DNA of 61,760 nt, filler included, from Choristocarpus tenellus KU-1152 (Eukaryota; Protista; Phaeophyceae), in NCBI GenBank assembly GCA_964200185.2. It is 11 parts of 11 records of this genome, joined end to end, with 100 filler letters (N's around TTAATTAATTAA, not from the genome) between each part and the next. Parts side by side here need not be neighbours in the genome. Positions count along the whole stretch, not along the records: positions 48,284 to 55,645 come from CAXNAD020006267.1; positions 55,746 to 61,760 come from CAXNAD020009165.1; 9 more parts are not named here. One strand, 5' to 3'. Numbering within the stretch: the stretch's first letter is position 1; the number at the start of each line of letters is the position of its first letter. Below are positions 54,755 to 61,760 of this stretch, piece after piece. The notes beneath the pieces were generated by a model. It was not told the origin of the DNA, did not search any database, and saw only the letters and a program-made list of their open reading frames with translations. The translations under genes and the position numbers were made by a program.

Positions 54755-55275
54755 GGGTATATATATGTATGATGATGCTCTCTGACATTTTCCAGATAGA
54801 TGTGTGAGGGGGAAAACCAATGAAAACTATCCAAATGTTAGAATAACCCCTAAAAAGTGACAGTTGGTTGTCGTAAATGTGAGAAGATATCTATTTATCT
54901 ATTTACTATTTTGCTATCAACTGTGCCTCCAACCTTGCTTAGTCCTGCACCCTAGGATGAGGAGCTAGGGAAGCATCCCAAGAATATATCAAGCCACTCC
55001 TTGCCCATCTATCTCGTGTCTCCAGCTTTAAAACGCATGATACGTCTCTACATAGAGCTACTTGCGCCTTGACAGACACTCTCTGTCTTAGACGGGATTT
55101 GACAGTCCCTTTCCTCCTCCTGTAGCCTCCTGCCCCTTTCGGCCCTACCGCGTGCGTGGCCAACTCATCCAGAAAACTTTCCGTTTGCTAACCAAGGCGC
55201 TCAAAACTTTCCACCGCGAAGGCGTTGAGCTTTTAACTACTTATTTTGACATTTATATATTGGCAGTACAAATTA
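54755..55275 (-). mobile_element. 5'-truncated CRE/R2-like non-LTR retrotransposon (end of restriction-like endonuclease plus 3' UTR)
   Basis: AFAVESFERLG*QTESFLDELATHAVG...KGTVKSRLRQRVSVKAQVALCRDV resembles the PxAVESFGRLG...Q.VSV..Q pattern at the end of RLE-bearing elements. Ends in an AT-rich tail. Confidence 0.78.
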
Positions 55276-55745
55276 AATCCCTTACGGATCTGCTGCTTAG
55301 ACCCGAAGTAAACTAGAAATACCCAGTTTTTTTTGCCGTTTTACACTATTGACCAGTTCAATTTTTTTTTTGCAAGTCACCAAGTCAACGTAAGCCGGAG
55401 ACACTTGGGCTTTCATTGTAAGGACATTGACACATAGATAGGTGCAAACTTCGACTCTTCATACAAATTCTTGTAGGAATTTTCTGGATTCTGTCGAAAT
55501 TATCGAACAACAGAGAAAAAACCCTTCCAAATCAATAATAGTACTTAATCCATTGAAATATGGGAGAATCGGAGACGGCGAAAAGAATCAGCTTCGACTC
55601 ACCAATATTTCTATTTCTATGGATGAAGTTCTAAGTTGGAAGGGTNNNNNNNNNNNNNNNNNNNNNNNNNNNNNNNNNNNNNNNNNNNNTTAATTAATTA
55701 ANNNNNNNNNNNNNNNNNNNNNNNNNNNNNNNNNNNNNNNNNNNN

Positions 55746-56541
55746 CTCGCCAACAAGGTGGGGGGAGATGAAGAGGGCTGGGGCAAGGGGCTAGGGTTGG
55801 TGGGGGAAGATGAGGAGGCAATGTTAGCCCGGGTGATGGCAGAGTCGCTCAAGGAGCAAAGAAAGCGGGAAGAAAGGATGCGCCTGGAGGAGGAGGAGTT
55901 GCAAAGGGTGAGGATAAAACTACTTTGAAGAATGTGACCTAAGCTCTCAAATGTGGATGATGAGGACTATTTGTTTTTTTGTTGTAGGTTTAGTTGTGGA
56001 CTTGGATCGTTGCATCATCCAAGATGACTTAGATCATTGCATCCAAGATTGTGTGATCCTGAGATTGAGGGGGTGATCCTTTCTTTGCGGGAACGGGTTC
56101 ATCCTCTGGGGTGTGTGCTCTGTGAGAACTGTTCTATTGGTGCGAATGTTGGGCGGGGTTTTCTAACCCTAACCCTAACCCTTATTCTGTACGAGTGCGA
56201 GACACCTTTGTAACAACCTCACACTTTTCCTTTTTTTTCAATATTTTGTGTTAGGGTTAGGACCCAACCCTAACCCTAACCCTAAACCTTTCAATATTTT
56301 GTGCGTGTGTTTGTTTCCCCAGATGATGGAAAAATCTTTCTCAGAGCAAAGGTCCTTTGATTTCCGTGCCTTGGAAAACCAATTGGTTTCATCTGCAACT
56401 AATTTTGGATCCTCACTTCCCCAGCCAGAGGCTAACCACCTTAGTGCCAGGCAAGAAGCAGTAGGTGCAGGAAGCAGAGCGTACGAGATTTGTATTGACA
56501 AGGACAATAGCAACAACAGTGAAGACGGTGATAAAGATTAG
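55746..56541 (+). CDS. Ubiquitin-interacting-motif (UIM) protein, last two exons (55746-55907, 56323-56541)
   Basis: EDEEAMLARVMAESLKE, and across the phase-0 splice EEEELQR|MMEKSFSE: two UIM-like motifs. Stop TAG at 56539-56541. Confidence 0.72.
56163..56303. repeat. Interstitial telomeric repeats (CCCTAA/TTAGGG) in an intron
   Basis: (CTAACC)3 at 56163-56182, and a TTAGGG-to-CCCTAA inverted block at 56251-56288 between 15-bp direct repeats. Confidence 0.88.
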
Positions 56542-58392
56542 GGTTAGGGTTATGTCCAGCAGGGCAGTGGTTTGTGGCCACTGCTCAGATTTGATTCCAT
56601 TACCTTTTGACTGTTTCGGAACACATGAAATGTAGCCGATCCTGTTATGGAACAGCTAGGCTTGTATCATTTCAGTCAATTTCCTCTGTACCTGTAAGGG
56701 CAGGAGGACAGAGGCCTTTCTCTCCTTCTTGTTATACTGGAGGAATGGAGAGCACATAAACAGCATTACAGGGCATTGCTGACTGTGTGTGTCTGGTCTT
56801 TCCTTGCTGCCACGGGAATTTGTCTGATGGTTTAGCTGGAAGGATCCACATTTGATTGCATGCTGGTTTTTTGTCACCAAAGCCAACGCCCATGTGTTAA
56901 AGCAGATGCAACTTCGTGACTTTGTCTTAATCACCCACACCTTCATACAGACACATCCTTTAGTGAGAGATTTGCTTGACCACTCTGTTTCAGTGTCAAG
57001 GTGTATTCATGCATGTCATTTGGATTACTAAGAGCCAGTGTGCCTTGGGCTTTGGTCGCTGAAGTGTATTTCTTGCCCATGTTCAGTGTATTATGCATCC
57101 AACAATTGTAGCTTAAGGTACTAGACGCAAGTTTTTAGAGGGAAAGACTTTAGGCACAGCTCGCCCTGACCATCTGTAGTGGCCTCCAGCAACTAAGGAG
57201 AAGTGAGGGGCATACCGTGGCTATTTTGTTGTTATCATGGACTGCATATCTACCAATGTATGTTATGCTCGTTTTTTTGGAGACAGGGGTATGTGTATGT
57301 GTGCAGAACGTGGTAATAATTAGTGTGGTAGACGGGGAGGAGTGCATTGGTGCCCTACTCCAGTTACTGCATACACAGTGGTAGTGGTGTTGATACAGTA
57401 TTGTTACATGATGCATAATTGGTTAGTGACTTCAAGCTCTATGTTGATATCTAGTGGTAATATTTTACGCACAATAGCTAGCTAACATGAGAATAAACAT
57501 CTTGTTACGTTGAAAGACCGAGGAGACATCATGGTTTTGAATTAATTTTCTTCATGGAAAGAGGAAATACCCACAGGTGATTATCATGTGTGCCCAGCGT
57601 CTTTATGATGCATGTATGTATAGTGCAACTATCAAGTGCTACTTCTTAGACCTGCAAGACAGGGCAGATGTTATCTGTAGCTTTTGCAATGAATCAAATA
57701 GTCTATCTTGATAACTATAATTCAACTACGGCAGTATTTTCGTTGTGTGGAAGTGCCCAGCATCATCTTCTTATTCAGGTGCTGCATCACCTACCTAATA
57801 TATATATATATATATGGCTGGTCGTGCTGGATGGGTGGGATGTGACGTCCTTTTAGTGGTGTGCAAATGTTTTATGTCAGAATCATTTTCAGCACAAAAT
57901 ATATAGTGCCCTATTATTGGAGATCGTGCAAATTTAGAAAGGAATTTTGAATGATATTTGTTATTTACTTAATTCTCTGAGATGGAACAGGACCGGTATT
58001 TTCTGTACTCAAGTGGTTTCTTTCCTAGAAAGGGGTCGGTCCAAAAAAGGTTCCATCCATACTAATCCTTATCATCATGGAGATCTCAACCAAAGAAGTA
58101 GAAAAAGAAAAGAAGAGAGATGAGAATAAGAAGGGTAAAGGAAGACCACTGACCCAGGCAAGACAGCACACACTCCAACCAGGATATCTGAGGGAAACAC
58201 CAATACTCCGTCAGCCAGTTTGGTTTTCAGCACTCCACACAGCTCGCTTGACCACGACGGAACAATGGGGGTTCAACCCAGGGAGGAAAATCCCCCTGCA
58301 ATACAGTACCCCAGTCTGGCAACTGATTCCCAATCACAGCTGCGAGTCTGAGGAACAAACTTCAGGTAAGGAACTCCAGACGCAAAGCAAAT

Positions 58393-58625
58393 GAGAGGTA
58401 CCCACGTTCTGTCCGATTTGCATTTAAGCCAATTTTTTTCAATATTTTTCGGTTCAGTCATGTTTCTACTGATGAGGTTCCAAGTTTGACCTGAGAATGT
58501 TTATTAATCTATTGTTTGAAATTTTCTGAAACAATTCACACACATCCTGTACATAATTAATATTAAAAAGTCGAATTTTGCACATATCTCTCTGCATCCT
58601 TCAAATGCAATTATGGGTACCTCTC
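58393..58625. mobile_element. Short TIR element (third MITE-like family)
   Basis: Perfect 12-bp TIR GAGAGGTACCCA...TGGGTACCTCTC; internal ATTAAAA(A)GTCGA..TTTTGCAC recurs at ~575-603. No clear TSD. Confidence 0.55.
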
Positions 58626-60441
58626 GTTACTTTGTCTCTCCAAAAACATGCGCTGGAGAAGATTCCGTTGGACTTCACCTCCGGCAAACTCCAGGATCGT
58701 GCACTGGTGGTCTCAGCACTTTAAGCTAACTCAAATCTGACCTCAAGCACCGGACAGATTAGTTCAATGAGCAGTCGTTTGTTCAACCAACCCGTTGTCA
58801 TCAACACAATATCTACCAAAGACTTAGCCTCCATCAAAATCTTTGAGTTAGACAAGAGGACCGTAGACAGTGCGTACCTGTTCCAGACTTAGTACATGTG
58901 TTCTCGCAGTACTAACCAGATTTTTCTCTTAAGTAATGGTAAAGGAGTCGGTGCCAGTAAGCGAGCGGGAAGTGTGTGAGGAAATTTTGGATGATTTGTG
59001 CCTTCAACATTTGTTCGAATATGCATCTATGCAAATTCTGTCTCTCAACGCCATGCGCGGAGCTTTTTGCTTTGACTATTTTCTCTTCATAGGATCACTT
59101 ATTAGTCGAAACCACTCGCCAGTTCGTATCTCATTTTCCACTTCATCAATATTTCAACACCATAATCCATTGGAACGTGCCGAAATGAGTCCGGACCTGG
59201 GCTTTCGGATCAAGAGTGTGGCAGACAGCGTGCAATTTTGCTCAACTCATTCCCATAGATGGAGAGGGCCAACCCAAGCTGACTGACTGCTTAGCCATGT
59301 GCGTGTCTTCAACCTTGAAACCCAATCTTCAACTCTACGGGCTATCCAATCCCTGCCTAGCGTACCCAAAGTCATTGGTGCTTGGTCGATGCCGCTGCAG
59401 TAGTACGTAAGTCTAGATCAGGTGTGGAACTTGGGGACACTCTTAATGCAGTATCACGGTCTCCATGCTACCAGCAGATAATCGATTGTCGCTGCCTGTG
59501 ACCAAGCTACGATTTTCCTACCTTGAGCCTCTAGAAATCGGCCCCAACATCAGCAAGTGGAACTTGACATGAAGCGCAATGGAAAACGAGTGTCCCCCCC
59601 ACCTTCAACTTCGGATATCCCACGAAACAGGGCAAGACTGAGAAATACGTTTGAGCACAGATTCCCGGAGCCCCTATTGTGAGTTCTCAGGTTGTGTAGG
59701 TAAGTTTCCCAAAGGGATACGCCACTGAGATGTGTCTTCAATCCTTATGGCGTGAACTTTAAACCTGATATATTCCAACCGCGTAAATTCCCCTGCAACA
59801 CCAACAAGTCGAAAAAGGAGAGGATCCATCGATTTTTCGCTGCCCTTACAGTCACCTTGTCAGTACATGGGTAGATGCGTTGGGTGAAGAGTCTACCTCT
59901 GCTGAAAATGCTATTTCTGCAGCTTCAGCGGGCAAGGGGAAAGGCAGTAAGCATATGTAACGGTGACCAACAGAAGAAGTTCCCTCTTTTTGTCTTCGAT
60001 CAGATTCAGAGTTTGTTGGTAAGGGTGAGATTTTCATTTGGTAATCCATTGGTTTCCTATCTAGTAGTGAGTACATCTTTTGTAAGTTGTCAGTCAGATA
60101 TGTGCAAAATAGGACAATAGTGAAGTGTACCTTATTTTGTGTATATGAGATTAATGTGTTGAATTGAATCNNNNNNNNNNCTAATGAGATAGTACAGCCA
60201 GATTATATATGGAAGTTGTTTATTATTCACTCCCTTTCGCTACTTTGAAATAAATAGTGAAAACACAATAATAATAATAAACAAACAATGAGAAGACACC
60301 CCACAAAGGTCACTCTTCTAATTTCAACCATGTAATCACGTTGAGCAAAGGGGGTCGTATGAGGCTTCACACCTTCTTATCTTCACTACTAACAAATAGC
60401 ATTACCTCCCAAGGTAATTTGCACAAGATATGCCAAGCAAT

Positions 60442-60611
60442 GGCTGAAAGTATCTGGGGAGGAGGTGGCGGCTGTCCATTCGGGGCCCATTTTTTCATGT
60501 TGCGTTTTTTGGGTGATTTGTCGGACGGATAATGTAAGTGCATTTCTCCTGGTCAGGACCCAAATGTAGACCCTGGTGTAGACCCCCCCCCACCCCCAGA
60601 TACTTTGAGTT
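60442..60611 (+). mobile_element. MITE family B, full length
   Basis: Both TIRs present; TSD AAT/AAT. Confidence 0.92.
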
Positions 60612-60974
60612 AATAGAAGACATGGTCAACAAATACCTATACCAACCTTTGCAATTTTCTTTGGGATCCGTCCCAGAAGTATACAACCAAACAACTTCTC
60701 ACTCAAGTCAGGTCATTAATGATAAAATAAACAACCAACATAGTATAATGTGATTCTCCTTCCGTCCCATACGTCTGTGTCGTGAAGTTGTAGCTCTTGG
60801 AGACAACCTCCGATTACAAGATGGATTTTTGCGTTGGATTCCTTGAATGTTCTACATTAAGTCAATATGAAATCGACGAATTCTGCGAAGTATTCCGTTC
60901 TGAAATGGTTCCAAAGGAATGGAAAATAGAATGGGGAATATCCGGCTCTTTTATTAATGGTCCTCTAAGACCAA

Positions 60975-61500
60975 GGAGTACAAGGTCAAATCACTGTGGA
61001 AGATGAGTGTTACCAGGTGTGGTACACGGACTAGCTGTTGTTGCCGGTGATCAAGGAAAAATTATCGTGGCTGAAATTGGGGAGGCGGAGTCATACAGCA
61101 GGACTATGCGACCCCACATACGGGCAAAGGCATGGTGCAGAAGCTGAACACGCCTCAGGGAGGAAACACATTTGGGAAATTAAGCTCATGGTGCAGCAAG
61201 CACAGTTGCCGGATCTCAACATCACTTATTTGGGTTTTCACGCATCCCTGAAGAACAGGGTTTAGGAGGAGCATTGCGACACCACTGATGACCTTGTAAA
61301 GGGGGTTAAGAGCAAGTTCCACATATACAACGCAAGCATGCTTGAGGGTGTGTGACAGAGTATGTTTAAGATTTTCAATCAGATGTTAAGAGCGCTGGGG
61401 GGAAACGATTTCACACGGAGACCAAAACAAGGCAGTGGGAGGACAGGTTGGCTAGAGCTATCAAAGTAGACAGAGTAACCTACAATGCGGCGCTGGATTG
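60975..61500 (+). pseudogene. Tc1/mariner (DD39D-like) transposase C-terminal relic
   Basis: Across frameshifts and stops: LLPVIKEKLSWLK, VIQQDYATPH, WEIKLMVQQAQLPDLNITYLGFHASLK, TTDDLVKGV, MLRALGGNDF. These match the IQQDNAxPH / QPxNSPDLNxLDLGFFxS / GGNxY motifs. Confidence 0.85.
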
Positions 61501-61760
61501 ATGGATTCTTAGTGTCAAGGAAAGGCGAAACATATTTGAAGTCTAATAAATAATTCTAACGAGTTCAAAGCAAGAATACGTCTATCATCGGAGGTCATGT
61601 ATAATATTCTAAGTTTGTCATCGGAAGTCATCTTTAAGAGGTACAACTGTTACAGGCGCCCCTCAAAGCTTACCTCCACAGGATGTATAGCTCCAATCTA
61701 AGGGCCTATAGATGATACTGATGTACGTATAGGACTCCTGATACACAAGTCGTCAGGTAT

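Overview
This window is eukaryotic, intron-rich draft genomic DNA, not a prokaryotic locus. It is an artificial concatenation of 11 contigs joined by ten 100-bp linkers (N44-TTAATTAATTAA-N44), so adjacency across a linker has no biological meaning. Short exons, long GT-AG introns, TTAGGG repeats, an NB-ARC-TPR gene and CRE-like retroelement tails suggest a brown alga or a close stramenopile relative (inference). Genes reconstructed by hand from splice sites: a disabled MLH1 copy, the 3' exons of methionine aminopeptidase 1, one ABCB exon, the 3' end of a WW-domain protein, the first 13 exons of an ABCA transporter, a type II membrane sulfotransferase-like gene, ankyrin-repeat exons, an NB-ARC gene with a dead TPR exon, and the 3' end of a UIM protein. 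Repeats include two abundant MITE families that share TIR cores, a subterminal motif and 3-bp TSDs, a third short TIR element, CRE-like LINE 3' ends, a Tc1/mariner relic, a ~3.2-kb degenerate foldback array and interstitial telomeric repeats. I found no rRNA, tRNA, CRISPR array or convincing new multi-gene system. The best leads are the MITE pair, the foldback array, signs of CpG decay and a telomere-repeat insertion flanked by a 15-bp duplication. All protein identifications come from motif recognition, with no database search.
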